Positions 1 through 9,500 of a stretch of 64,000 nt of DNA are shown here, piece by piece. The notes under the pieces are model-generated. The model did no database searches. It had not been told where the DNA came from and saw only the letters and a list, made by a program, of their open reading frames with translations. A program made the translations under genes and the position numbers. This DNA comes from Meiothermus sp. (GTDB taxonomy: Bacteria > Deinococcota > Deinococci > Deinococcales > Thermaceae), in assembly GCA_033762915.1 (NCBI GenBank), contig JANRLD010000026.1:1-64000 (forward strand). The letters run 5' to 3'. How positions within the stretch are numbered: the first letter of the stretch is position 1; every line of letters begins with the position of its first letter.

Positions 1-559
1 GGCCGGTCTTGGTGAAGACCGCGTGGTAAAAGCTGCGGCCCTCCCCCCTCCACTTGAGCGCGTACTTGGTGGTGAGGTGGTGGGGGGGCGGGGGAGGGGT
101 GCTCACGTCGAACAAGCCGCTGGCACTGGCCTCGGCCTGGGCGAACCTCCAGTAGTCGTGGTGGTCGGTGGTGAGCAGCAGCTGACCGCCCTCTGCCAGA
201 CGGGTGGAGAGCCGACGGAAGAAAGAGCGCTGGAGCAGTCGGTTGTCGTGGTGCTTGGCTTTGGGCCAGGGGTCGGGGAAGTTGACGTAGACCCGGCTGA
301 GGCCGCCGGGCGCGAAGAAGTTGCGCAGCGCGAAGCGGGCCTCGCCGTGGTAGACCCGCACGTTGTGCACGCCCTCGCGCCGCAGCCGCCGCACCGCCCG
401 CCCCACCGAGGCCGCCGCGATCTCAACCCCTACAATGCGCCATTCGGGGTGCATTTGGGCGATCAGGGCGGTGAAGCGGCCGTCCCCGAACCCCACCTCG
501 AGCACCTGGTTCGGCCCGTCGCCTAGCGGGAAAGGTACGTCGCCGAGACGAATTAGCAC
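1..559 (-). CDS. trmB: tRNA (guanine-N7)-methyltransferase TrmB (3' end runs off the window)
   Basis: Not in the ORF track. Manual translation from GTG at 559 gives VLEVGFGDG (SAM motif), [24 protein letters not shown] and TKY, all TrmB signatures. Confidence 0.92.
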   Translation of the reverse strand, partial: MLIRLGDVPFPLGDGPNQVLEVGFGDGRFTALIAQMHPEWRIVGVEIAAASVGRAVRRLRREGVHNVRVYHGEARFALRNFFAPGGLSRVYVNFPDPWPKAKHHDNRLLQRSFFRRLSTRLAEGGQLLLTTDHHDYWRFAQAEASASGLFDVSTPPPPPHHLTTKYALKWRGEGRSFYHAVFTKTG

Positions 560-650
560 GGTTGGTTAGTGTACTACAGAAGACAGAAGAAAGGGCGAAG
601 AGGGGGCGACGGCGGATGCGGCGTTCTCTCTGCACGCGTAGTGCTGCCCG

Positions 651-684
651 TGTAACCTGAATGTAACCTTGTGGGAAGTAAGGT
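651..684 (+). promoter_or_regulatory. 11-bp-period direct repeat TGTAACCTGAATGTAACCTT (OmpR/PhoB-type box) followed by -10 TAAGGT
   Basis: The identical 20-mer recurs at 10595-10614 with the same 8-nt spacing to a TAnnnT hexamer. Confidence 0.65.
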
Positions 685-735
685 CGTAGCCCTATGGGCT
701 CACAGGTGTTTTCGCTCGGTGATAGACTCAACCCT

Positions 736-1410
736 ATGGTAGACGTGGGTCTCGAGCAAGCCTTCGCCAAGGTGCGCGCCTTCCTCGAGGGCGATTTCGA
801 GCACCCGGGCTTAACCCTATACGATCTGCAAAACCTGGTCGGCTTCAGCAGCCGCCTCAAGCAGGACGGGCCGCTCTCCTATATGATGCCGCCCGAGGCC
901 GCGCTGGCCGGGGTTTCGGCGGTGCGGCTGTTCTACTACCCCAAAGACCCCGAGGTGAGCCTGATCGTCGAGATCGAGGACAAGGGGCGCAAGCGCCACC
1001 TGCGCCACTTCAAGTGGAACGGCATCTCCTGGGTGGCCCCACGCGGGCTCAAGTCCGACCTGACTGCCACCCGCGAGGTGGTTCCGGCCCTCGAGGAAAT
1101 CGGCGGTGACTTCTTTCTGGGCTTCGCCCACGAGGAGGCCAAGGAACTGGCCGACGCCAGCCGCCGGGGCGAGGCCTCGGGCGCAAAGTACATGCTCTGC
1201 ACCCGCGACAACACCCGCATCTTCTACGCCCCCACCACCACCCCGCCGACCATTCCCTGCCCCCGCTGCGGCAATACCAACCTGATCTTCAAAACCCTCA
1301 CTATGTCCAGCCCTGAGGATCGCCTCGAGGCCGTGCTGCGTGAACAGCGGGCGCTGCGGACGGCGCTGGAAGATTTGCTACTGTACCTCAAGCGCAAACT
1401 GGGGCCTTAG
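736..1410 (+). CDS. Hypothetical protein with a C-terminal Zn-ribbon-like motif (CTRD...CPRCG) and a coiled-coil tail
   Basis: Host-like codon usage. ATG 736 follows TAGACT by 7 nt (leaderless geometry); ATG 694 is an alternative start. Confidence 0.75.
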   Translation: MVDVGLEQAFAKVRAFLEGDFEHPGLTLYDLQNLVGFSSRLKQDGPLSYMMPPEAALAGVSAVRLFYYPKDPEVSLIVEIEDKGRKRHLRHFKWNGISWVAPRGLKSDLTATREVVPALEEIGGDFFLGFAHEEAKELADASRRGEASGAKYMLCTRDNTRIFYAPTTTPPTIPCPRCGNTNLIFKTLTMSSPEDRLEAVLREQRALRTALEDLLLYLKRKLGP

Positions 1411-1472
1411 GGCCAGAGGCAGAGGGGCGAAGGGCAGGGAAAACAGACCGGAGGCAGCGAACGAGCGCCTCA

Positions 1473-1564
1473 CAGCGGTTCCCACGAATACCACGCACGC
1501 AGAGACTCGGATGTGCGGGGTACATTACGCCTCACAGGGTGAGGCGTAATGGTGGGAATCGCTG
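1473..1564 (+). mobile_element. MITE family A, type I (92 bp)
   Basis: Ends CAGCGGTTCCCAC...GTGGGAATCGCTG with an internal hairpin; homologous copies at 16569, 22384 and 50189. Confidence 0.75.
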
Positions 1565-1622
1565 TCAGGCGGTTTTTGACGCCTTTTAGCCGCTATAAGC
1601 GTCCTCAGGGTTGAAGTGTGTC

Positions 1623-1716
1623 ATGCCGCCCCGGAACGCCCGGAGGGGGAGTTGCGCCCGTGCTTTCACCAGGGCAGGTTTCCACGGCGTTCGGCAGTCT
1701 GGAAAAGCCCTGGCGC
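1623..1716 (+). repeat. Dispersed repeat family B
   Basis: Aligns over about 90 bp with 60670-60759; partial copy at 54841. Confidence 0.7.
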
Positions 1717-1750
1717 AGCTTAGCCCCCCGGCCGCCCTTCGCGCCGGGCC

Positions 1751-1792
1751 TGTGGATAACTTTGTGGATAACCCCCCTGATTCTGTGGATAA
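1751..1792. promoter_or_regulatory. Cluster of three perfect DnaA boxes (TGTGGATAA)
   Basis: Exact 9-mers at 1751, 1763 and 1784, all in the same orientation. Confidence 0.8.
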
Positions 1793-2023
1793 CTGCTTGG
1801 AGAGTGTGGGGTTTCTCAATTCTTCAGGGCAGTGTAATGCGATGAAGACCAGATAAAGTCGCTTTGGCGGAACGTGAAACGGTTGCCAATTCGGGTTTTG
1901 GGTGATAAGCGCGTCTTTGAGGTGTTGGTAAGGCCCCTGCTGATCTACATTGACCCTAAAACGAGCGAACCTCACAATGCCAAACTATTCGGATGCGTAA
2001 ATTTCATTTTCAAATCATTCAAA

Positions 2024-2052
2024 TTGACAATAGTTTATTTCGGAAGTAACTT
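2024..2052 (+). promoter_or_regulatory. Sigma70 promoter TTGACA-N17-TAACTT overlapped by the imperfect palindrome TTATTTC-G-GAAGTAA (probable MarR operator)
   Basis: Consensus -35 at 2024-2029, 17-nt spacer, palindrome at 2035-2049, directly upstream of a marR gene. Confidence 0.7.
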
Positions 2053-2061
2053 ATGGAGGTA

Positions 2062-2484
2062 ATGCCTTGGACAGTACTAACCCGCATATGGAAACTCAGC
2101 CGCGACATGCGCGAGGAGACCTTGCCGCACCTCGAGCAGCTCGGTCTAGCCCCCACCGATCCCTGGCTCCTCTCCGAGATCGAGCAGCACCACTATCCCA
2201 CCGAGGCCGTTCGCATCATGCAGATCCCGGCCCCCACGGTCTCTCAGATGCTGAAGCGCCTCGAGACGGGCGGGCTGGTCGTCCGCTCGCTGGACCCCTC
2301 CGATCTCCGGCGCTACCGCTTCGAGCTCACCGAGAAGGGCAAGGCCCTGCTGGGTGAGAGCCAGAAGTACATGCTGGCCGCGATGGAGCGCAGGCTACAG
2401 CGCCTCACCCCGGAGCAGCGCAAGACCTTCGACGACCTGCTGGACGTGCTGGTTCAGCTCGAGCCTGCCACCGCCAGACGCTGA
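2062..2484 (+). CDS. MarR family transcriptional regulator
   Basis: Winged-helix motif PTVSQMLKRLETGGLVVR..D.SDLR...LTEKG. Start is 2053 or 2062. Confidence 0.9.
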   Translation: MPWTVLTRIWKLSRDMREETLPHLEQLGLAPTDPWLLSEIEQHHYPTEAVRIMQIPAPTVSQMLKRLETGGLVVRSLDPSDLRRYRFELTEKGKALLGESQKYMLAAMERRLQRLTPEQRKTFDDLLDVLVQLEPATARR

Positions 2485-2595
2485 GCGACCCTTCCCGCCT
2501 TTCTTTCCCGCCCCCGCCTCGCTCTTCCTCCCAGCCCCAAAACCGCTAAGCCCTTAAGCCCCAAGCCCTCGTATCCATATCCAGGGAGAACCACT

Positions 2596-4746
2596 ATGGC
2601 ACAGCCCGTTTCCACCCAGCCGCCCCAGGAGGCCCCCGCCACCGGCAATGGCATTCCGCGCGAGACCCGCCTGACCTTGATCGGGATCATGCTGGGGATG
2701 TTCCTGGCGGCCCTCGACCAGACCATCGTCTCGACTGCGTTGCCCAGGATTATCGCCGACCTCAACGGCTCCAACCTCTACGCCTGGGTCACCACCGCCT
2801 ACCTGCTGACCTCGACCATTGCGGCCCCCATCTTCGGGCGGCTCACGGAGATTTACAGCCGCAAGGTCATCCTGATGATCGCTGTGGTTATATTTTTGGC
2901 CGGCTCTGCGCTGTGCGGGCTGTCGCAGAATATGGTCGAGTTGATCGCCTTCCGTGGAATTCAGGGCATCGGCGGCGGTGCCTTGTTCGCGCTGGCCTTC
3001 ACCACGATTGCCTACCTCTTCCCGCCCCGCGAGCGCGGGCGCATCGGCGGGCTGTTCGGGGCTGTGTTCGGGCTCAGCAGCGCCGTCGGCCCCTGGCTGG
3101 GCGGCCTGCTCACCGACCACATTAGCTGGCACTGGGTCTTCTACATCAACATGCCGGTGGGCGCGGTGGCGCTGTGGTTCATCCTGCGCTATATGCCCCG
3201 CATGCGGCCCGAGGAGCGCCAGCCCTTCGACTATATCGGGGCCGTGCTGCTAATGGGCTGGACGGTGCCCCTGATGCTGGGCTTCTCCTGGGCGGGCAGC
3301 AGCTACGCCTGGAACAGCCCTGTGATTGTCGGTCTGTTCGCGGCCAGTGCGGCGATGCTGGCCCTGTGGGTGTGGTCGCAGACCCACATCAAACACCCGC
3401 TTTTCGACCTCTCGATCCTGCAGATCCGTACCTTCAGCCTCTCGGCGGTGGCGGCCTTCTTCTTCGGCCCGGCCTTCCTGGGCGCCATAGCCTTCCTTCC
3501 GCTGTACCTCCAGATGGTGAAGGGTGTCTCGGCCTCGGCCTCGGGCGTGACGGTGCTGCCGCTGACCGCCGGGGTGATTATCGGCGCGATGGGGAGCGGC
3601 ATCCTGTCGGGTCGCATCGGTCGCTACAAGCCGATCCTGCTGGTGGGGACGCTCTGGCTGCTGGCGGTGTTCCTGGTGTTGCACTTTGTGATTCAGATCG
3701 AGACCCCGCTGTGGCTGGCGATTGTGCTGTTCACCCTGCTGGGGCTGGGCCTTGGCCCGGCACAGTCGCTCCTCCAGACCGCCGCCCAGAACAACGTGCC
3801 GCCGCAGCGCATCGGCTCGGCAACCTCGGCCATCCAGTTCGTGCGGCAGATCGGGGCGACCATCGGGGTCGCGGTGCTGGGGACGGTGCTCTCGAGCAAC
3901 ATCCACACCGAGACCTGCAAGCTCAACCCCGCAGACGCGAGCTGCAAGCCCGGGGCGGTGGTGACCCGCAGCGGCGAGGGCAGCGGGTTTACTGACTTCA
4001 AGAAGCTCGAGACCAACATCGTCGCCGCGCTCAAGGGCGACCACAGCGCTTACGTCGAGCTGATGAACGACAAGAGCCTTCCCGCCGAGCAGAAGAAGGG
4101 CCTGGTTGACGGCGGCATCCCCGCGCAGTTCGCGGCTATCGAGGCCAAAGTGGTGGCCGCTACCAAGGGCGACCTGGCCGCCTACAAGGCGCTCATGTCC
4201 GACCCCACCCTGCCCCAGCAGCTCAGGAGCCAGCTGGTAGAGGGCGGCATCCCCGCCCAGGTACACGCCCAGAGCCTCCAGACCCTGAGCGCCCTCGAGA
4301 AGGCCCTCCGGGGCGATGCGGCCGCCAAGGCCGCGCTGCTGGCCAACCCCCAGTTGCCCGCCCAGCTCAAGGGCTTGTTGGCCGGCCCCACGCCCCCAGC
4401 CGCCGCCATTGCAGGGATCGTAGAGCAGGTGCGCAAGGGCCTCGAGGCCGCCGAGCCCGGGATCGTGGCCCGCGTGGAGGCCCAGGCCATCCCGCAAATC
4501 CGCAAGGGCCTGCAGGAGGCCGAGGCCAGGGCCTTGGTGGAAGTACCCGCCAAGCTGGTGCAGCAGCTCGAGGAGGTGCGGATGGCGCTCGAGACCGGCA
4601 TCACCAAGGCCGAGCAGGACATCTTCCTGTACGCCGCCTTCTTCGTGCTGATGTCGCTTCTGGTCACGCTCTTCCTCCCTAACGAGATGCTCAAGGGAGG
4701 GTTCGGCGGCGGGCGCGGTGAGGCTCAGGCCCCAGCAGCACATTAA
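2596..4746 (+). CDS. DHA2 (EmrB/QacA-type) MFS efflux transporter with a long repeat-containing loop before the last TM helix
   Basis: LDQTIVSTALP, WVTTAYLL, RGIQGIG and WHWVFYINMPVG motifs; RBS GGGAG. Confidence 0.92.
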   Translation: MAQPVSTQPPQEAPATGNGIPRETRLTLIGIMLGMFLAALDQTIVSTALPRIIADLNGSNLYAWVTTAYLLTSTIAAPIFGRLTEIYSRKVILMIAVVIFLAGSALCGLSQNMVELIAFRGIQGIGGGALFALAFTTIAYLFPPRERGRIGGLFGAVFGLSSAVGPWLGGLLTDHISWHWVFYINMPVGAVALWFILRYMPRMRPEERQPFDYIGAVLLMGWTVPLMLGFSWAGSSYAWNSPVIVGLFAASAAMLALWVWSQTHIKHPLFDLSILQIRTFSLSAVAAFFFGPAFLGAIAFLPLYLQMVKGVSASASGVTVLPLTAGVIIGAMGSGILSGRIGRYKPILLVGTLWLLAVFLVLHFVIQIETPLWLAIVLFTLLGLGLGPAQSLLQTAAQNNVPPQRIGSATSAIQFVRQIGATIGVAVLGTVLSSNIHTETCKLNPADASCKPGAVVTRSGEGSGFTDFKKLETNIVAALKGDHSAYVELMNDKSLPAEQKKGLVDGGIPAQFAAIEAKVVAATKGDLAAYKALMSDPTLPQQLRSQLVEGGIPAQVHAQSLQTLSALEKALRGDAAAKAALLANPQLPAQLKGLLAGPTPPAAAIAGIVEQVRKGLEAAEPGIVARVEAQAIPQIRKGLQEAEARALVEVPAKLVQQLEEVRMALETGITKAEQDIFLYAAFFVLMSLLVTLFLPNEMLKGGFGGGRGEAQAPAAH

Positions 4747-4840
4747 GGCTTGAGGCTGAAGGTCTGGAAGTGCAGAGGAACCCCCTCGAGCGTTGGTTGG
4801 GCTCGAGGGGGTTCGGTGTGGGCGAGCAGTTCACGAAGCT

Positions 4841-4940
4841 ATCGCCGCAGCACCGCACCCCGAAAACACGGCGAGGATGGGATTTCATCCCCAGGGTTTT
4901 TGCCGAACACTGATTGAAATCCGCTGCAAGTTGGGCCGGG
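4841..4940 (+). repeat. Dispersed repeat family C
   Basis: Colinear with the reverse complement of 60525-60625. Confidence 0.7.
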
Positions 4941-5119
4941 GTGGATGCGCGAGACTGCCGGACGCGGCGTCGGCCTGCCATGGCGCTGGTGCCATCGCCT
5001 ACCGGGTGATGCGGGGTGGCTGTTCGAGGCTCAACTCTAGCGACTTGCGGGGCGCGCTGGCCGCGCTCTTCGGGTTGACCCGCTACCCGCCACCCGCCAC
5101 CCGCCTATAAGCTATCCCC

Positions 5120-6271
5120 ATGCCGCGCAAGACCCCCAGCACCGCCGCCCGCGTCGCCCTCAACCCCCAAACCCACCGCCGTATCGTCGTCAAAGTGGGG
5201 AGCGCGGTGTTGAGCGGTGAGCGGGGCCGTCAGTATCAACTGGCCATCGCGGAGCAGATCGCCGCGCTGAAGCGAGAGGGGCGCCAGGTGGTGCTGGTCT
5301 CCTCGGGCGCGGTGGCCTCGGGCATGGCGAAGCTGGGGCTCGCTGAGCGCCCCAAAACCATGCCCGGCAAACAGGCCGCTGCGGCGGTGGGCCAGCCGGT
5401 GCTGATGCAGCGCTGGGAGCAGGCCTTTCACTGGTTCGACCTCGAGGTGGCCCAGATCCTCCTCACCGCCGAAGACCTGGCCCAGCGTAGCCGCTACCTC
5501 AACGCCCGGCACACCCTCGAGACCCTGCTGGAGTGGGGCATCGTCCCGGTCATCAACGAGAACGACACGGTGATGGTGGAGGAGATCAAGTTCGGCGACA
5601 ACGACCAGCTCTCGGCGCTGATCGCGACCCTGGTGGCGGCGGACTTGCTGGTCATTCTCTCCGACATCGAGGCGCTCTTCACCGCCGACCCGCGTTCCAA
5701 CCCGGAAGCCAGGCCCATTCACTTTGTCGAGAGGGTGGATGCGCAGGTCATGGCGATGGCGGGCGACAGCCCCAACCAGGTCGGCACGGGCGGGATGCGG
5801 AGCAAGCTCCTGGCCGCCGAGAAGGTGCAGGCCGCCGGGATTCCGCTGCTGCTGCTGCCCGGGACCCAGCCCCAGAGCATCTCGAGGGCGCTGGCGGGCG
5901 AGTCCGTCGGTACGCTCTTTGCGGGCGGCAACCGGCGCTACGGCGGCCAAAAACTCTGGCTCTACCAGCTGCCCAAACCGGCCGGCGAGATCGTGGTGGA
6001 CGCCGGGGCGGCCAGGGCCCTGCGCCAAGGCGGGGCCAGCCTGCTGCCCGCGGGCATCCGTGAGGTCCACGGCACCTTCGGGGTGGGGGAGGCGGTGAAG
6101 TGCCTCGACCCCCTTAACCACCTGATCGGTGTGGGACTGGTCAACTACACCGCCGCCGAGATTGGGCGCATCAAGGGGGCCAAAACCAAAGACCTCGAGC
6201 GCATTCTCGGCTACAACCACTCCGACGAGGTGATCCACCGGGACTATTTCGCGCTGGCCTCGGAGCTGTAG
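5120..6271 (+). CDS. proB: Glutamate 5-kinase with PUA domain
   Basis: VVKVGS, VSSGAVA, INENDTV, FGDNDQLSA and GTGGM.SK motifs; leaderless -10 TAAGCT 6 nt upstream. Confidence 0.96.
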   Translation: MPRKTPSTAARVALNPQTHRRIVVKVGSAVLSGERGRQYQLAIAEQIAALKREGRQVVLVSSGAVASGMAKLGLAERPKTMPGKQAAAAVGQPVLMQRWEQAFHWFDLEVAQILLTAEDLAQRSRYLNARHTLETLLEWGIVPVINENDTVMVEEIKFGDNDQLSALIATLVAADLLVILSDIEALFTADPRSNPEARPIHFVERVDAQVMAMAGDSPNQVGTGGMRSKLLAAEKVQAAGIPLLLLPGTQPQSISRALAGESVGTLFAGGNRRYGGQKLWLYQLPKPAGEIVVDAGAARALRQGGASLLPAGIREVHGTFGVGEAVKCLDPLNHLIGVGLVNYTAAEIGRIKGAKTKDLERILGYNHSDEVIHRDYFALASEL

Positions 6272-6526
6272 GCACAGGGTGAAGGGCGGCGATTGGTGGC
6301 GCTAGGCGTTAAAGTACCGCCCCAGCGCCGCCCCGAACCTGGGCGGCCAGACCCCCTGGCAGGAGCCACCCACCGGCGCTGATGGACTGGGTGATGAGGT
6401 CGGCCCTCCCGCGATGCCAGTGCTCCGGTCGACGCGACAGGGGCAACGAGCGGTTTACCGGCGCAATTCCCTAACGGGCTGCCGGGCGGCATTTCGCATC
6501 CCATCTATGGAGACACATAACCGCTG

Positions 6527-9500
6527 TCAGTGCGCCTCGAGCCAGTTCTTCCCGTGCCCTACCTCGACCTCTAGGGGCACCTTCAGCTGCGCCGCTTCCC
6601 GCATGGCGTCGCAGAGAATCTTGCTCACCTCCTCCACCCGATCCTCGGCCGCCTCTACCAGCAACTCGTCGTGCACCTGGAGGAGGAGTTTCGCCCCCAG
6701 CGGCCTCAGGAGGGGGGCCACCTGCACCATCGCGGCCTTGATGATAGAGGCGCAGCTGCCTTGTACGGGCGAGTTGATGGAGGCGTTTTCGGCCCTCGAG
6801 CGGATCGCGGCGGCGGGGGCGGCGATATCGGGGATGTAGCGCCTGCGCCCGTAGATGTCCTCGACATAGCCATGCTCTTTGCAGAAGCGTTTGGTCTGGG
6901 TGATGTACTCCTGAATGCCGGGGTACTCCTCGAAGTAGCGTCGGATAAACTTCCCCGCCTCGCTGCGGCTGAGGCCGGTGCGCTCGGCCAGCCCCACGAC
7001 GCTAAGGCCGTAAGAGAGTCCGTAGTTGATGGCTTTGGCGTTGCTGCGCTGCTCGCGGGTGACCTGCTCGAGGGGTATCCCGGCTATCCGCGCCGCCGTG
7101 ATCCGGTGGATGTCCTGCCCCGAGGCAAAGGCCTGCATCAGGGCGGCGTCCCCGCTGATGTGGGCCAGAATCCGCAACTCGATTTGCGAGTAGTCCGCTG
7201 AGATCAGTCGGTAACCCGGGGCGGCCAGGAAAGCCCCGCGAATTGGGCGGCCCAGCTCGGTGCGGATGGGGATGTTTTGCAGGTTGGGGTTGAGGCTGGC
7301 CAGGCGACCGGTGGCGGCGTTGGTCTGGTCGAAGGTGGTGTGCAGACGACCCGTTTTGGGGCTGACCCATCTGGGCAGCGGCTCGAGGTAGGTCCCCACC
7401 AACTTGGCGATCTCGCGGTGTTCGAGGATCAGCGGGACGATGGGGTGCGCCTCCATCAGGGCGTTTAGGGTCTCGTTGTCGGTGGAGCGCTTGTTGGTCA
7501 GGGCGGTCTGGCGGCCCGCCTCGAGCTTCAGCTCGTCGAACAGCAGAGCCTCCAACTGGTTGCGCGAACTCACCTTGAAGGGCCGGCCCGCCAGCTCCTG
7601 GATGCGCTGCTCGAGTTCGGCCAGTTTCTTTTTGTGGTCTTGGGCCAGGGCGGCGAGGTATTCCTGGTCGAGCAACACCCCCTCCACTTCCATCTGGGCC
7701 AGCACGGTGGCCAGCGGGCGTTCGATATCCGCGTAGAGCTTTCGGGCCGCCGGGGTCTGGGCGGCTTTGGCCTGTCCCAACAGTTCGCGGGTCAGCCGGG
7801 CGCGCCCCTCGGCGTCGGCAGGCCATGCCTTGCCAAAGCGCTGGGCCAGCTTCTCGGCGCTGGTGATGCGACTGTCCTCGACGTAGGCCATCAGCAAAGG
7901 GTCGTCGCCGACAGCGGCCTGGTGGCCCTCCCACAGCGCGCTGCGGACGATGCTCTTGGCTTCCACGGCGTTGATTAAGGCGGGCAGGTCGGTGAGCCGG
8001 AGCGTGCGCTGTTGGCCGTCCAGTAGAACCATCTCCCCGTTCGCAACCCCGACCACCGCGCCCGTAAACGCCTCGAAGGGTTCGGCGGGTGTTTGCGCCT
8101 GTACCTGGGCGGCCGGCACAGCTCCCGCCTCGCCGAGATGTAACTCCCGCTTGAGGCTCTTGAAGCCCAGCTCGTCCAGCAGCCGGCCCAGGGCCTCGTT
8201 GGAGCGCACCACCGTGGCGGCCTCCTCGAGGCCGACGCCGGTCTCCACGTCCAGCTTGAGCTTGGCCAGTTCATGCGAGAGCCGCACGCTGGCCTCGCTG
8301 GCCTGCACCAGCCTGAGGGGGCGCTCGAGGTCGGGGCCTTGCAGGGCAGCCAGAATCCCCTCCAAGCTGCCGTACTTTTGCAGCAGCCCGGCGGCGGTTT
8401 TTTCGCCCACGCCTTTGGCTCCCGGGATGTTGTCCGAGGTGTCGCCGGTGAGGGCGCGGTAGTCTACCCACTGCTCCACCGTCACCCCGTATTGCGCCCG
8501 CAGCTCCTCGGGGCCGATGGGCCTGCCCTCCTTGCTGCGGACCTTGGTGAGGGGCGACAGAAGCTGGAAGAGGTCGCGGTCACTCGAGACGATCAGCGAG
8601 GGAATCCCCGCTGCCTCGGCGTGTTTGGCCAGGGTCCCGATGGCGTCGTCGGCCTCGACCTCCGCAACCTCCAGGCGCACCCAGCCCATCGCGTCAACCA
8701 GCCGCTTGATCAGCCGGATTTGCGCGGGCAGGTCGGCGGGAATTTCGTCGCGGCCCCCTTTGTAGTCGGGGTAGAGCTGGTGGCGGAAGGTTGCCACGGG
8801 TGCGTCGAACACTACCAACATGGCCGGGCCTTCCGGGGCCAGCGTCTCGCGGGTGGGGTCGCCGCCGGCCTCGCGGTAGACCTCGAGAAGCGCTCTGGCA
8901 AACCCCAGCACCGCATGGACAGGCGTGCCGTCGGGGGCCTTGACGGGCGGAACCCCGTAGTACATCCGGAAGGCCAGGCTGTGCCCGTCGATCAGAATCG
9001 TCGAGGTCGGGCGGGTGCGCTGGCCCTCGGGCAGGGTCCGCCCCGCGGGCGGCACGAACTCCTCGGCGTCGGGGATGCCCTGCTCCCCGGCGGAGGGGGC
9101 CTCCGAGGGCTGGTGCCGGGTGCGCAGCTCGAACAAATCGCAGACCACTGGCGCATGGTCGGAAGCCCGGCTGACTGCCCGAGCGTCGCGATCCACCCAG
9201 GCCCCGCGCAACTCGGGGGCCAGCGCGTCGCTCACCAGAACGTGGTCAATCCGCAAGCCTTGATCCTTTTGAAACCCGCCCCCCCGAAAGTCCCACCAGG
9301 AGAACACCCTGGCGTTCGGCTCGAGCGTCCGCAGACTGTCTTTCAGCCCCACCCCCAGCAACTGCTGGAACAGCTGCCGCTCGGCCGGAGAGCAGAGGAT
9401 GTCACCCATCAGGCGCTTGGGGTTCCACACGTCCAGCGCTTCGGGCGCGATGTTGAAATCCCCCAGCACCACCGTCTTGGGGTGCGCTTTCAGCACCGAA

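Noticed and set aside
1751..2050. Chromosomal oriC
   Set aside because: Only three boxes, no dnaA or dnaN adjacent, and the AT-rich part is explained by the marR promoter; kept only as a DnaA-box cluster.
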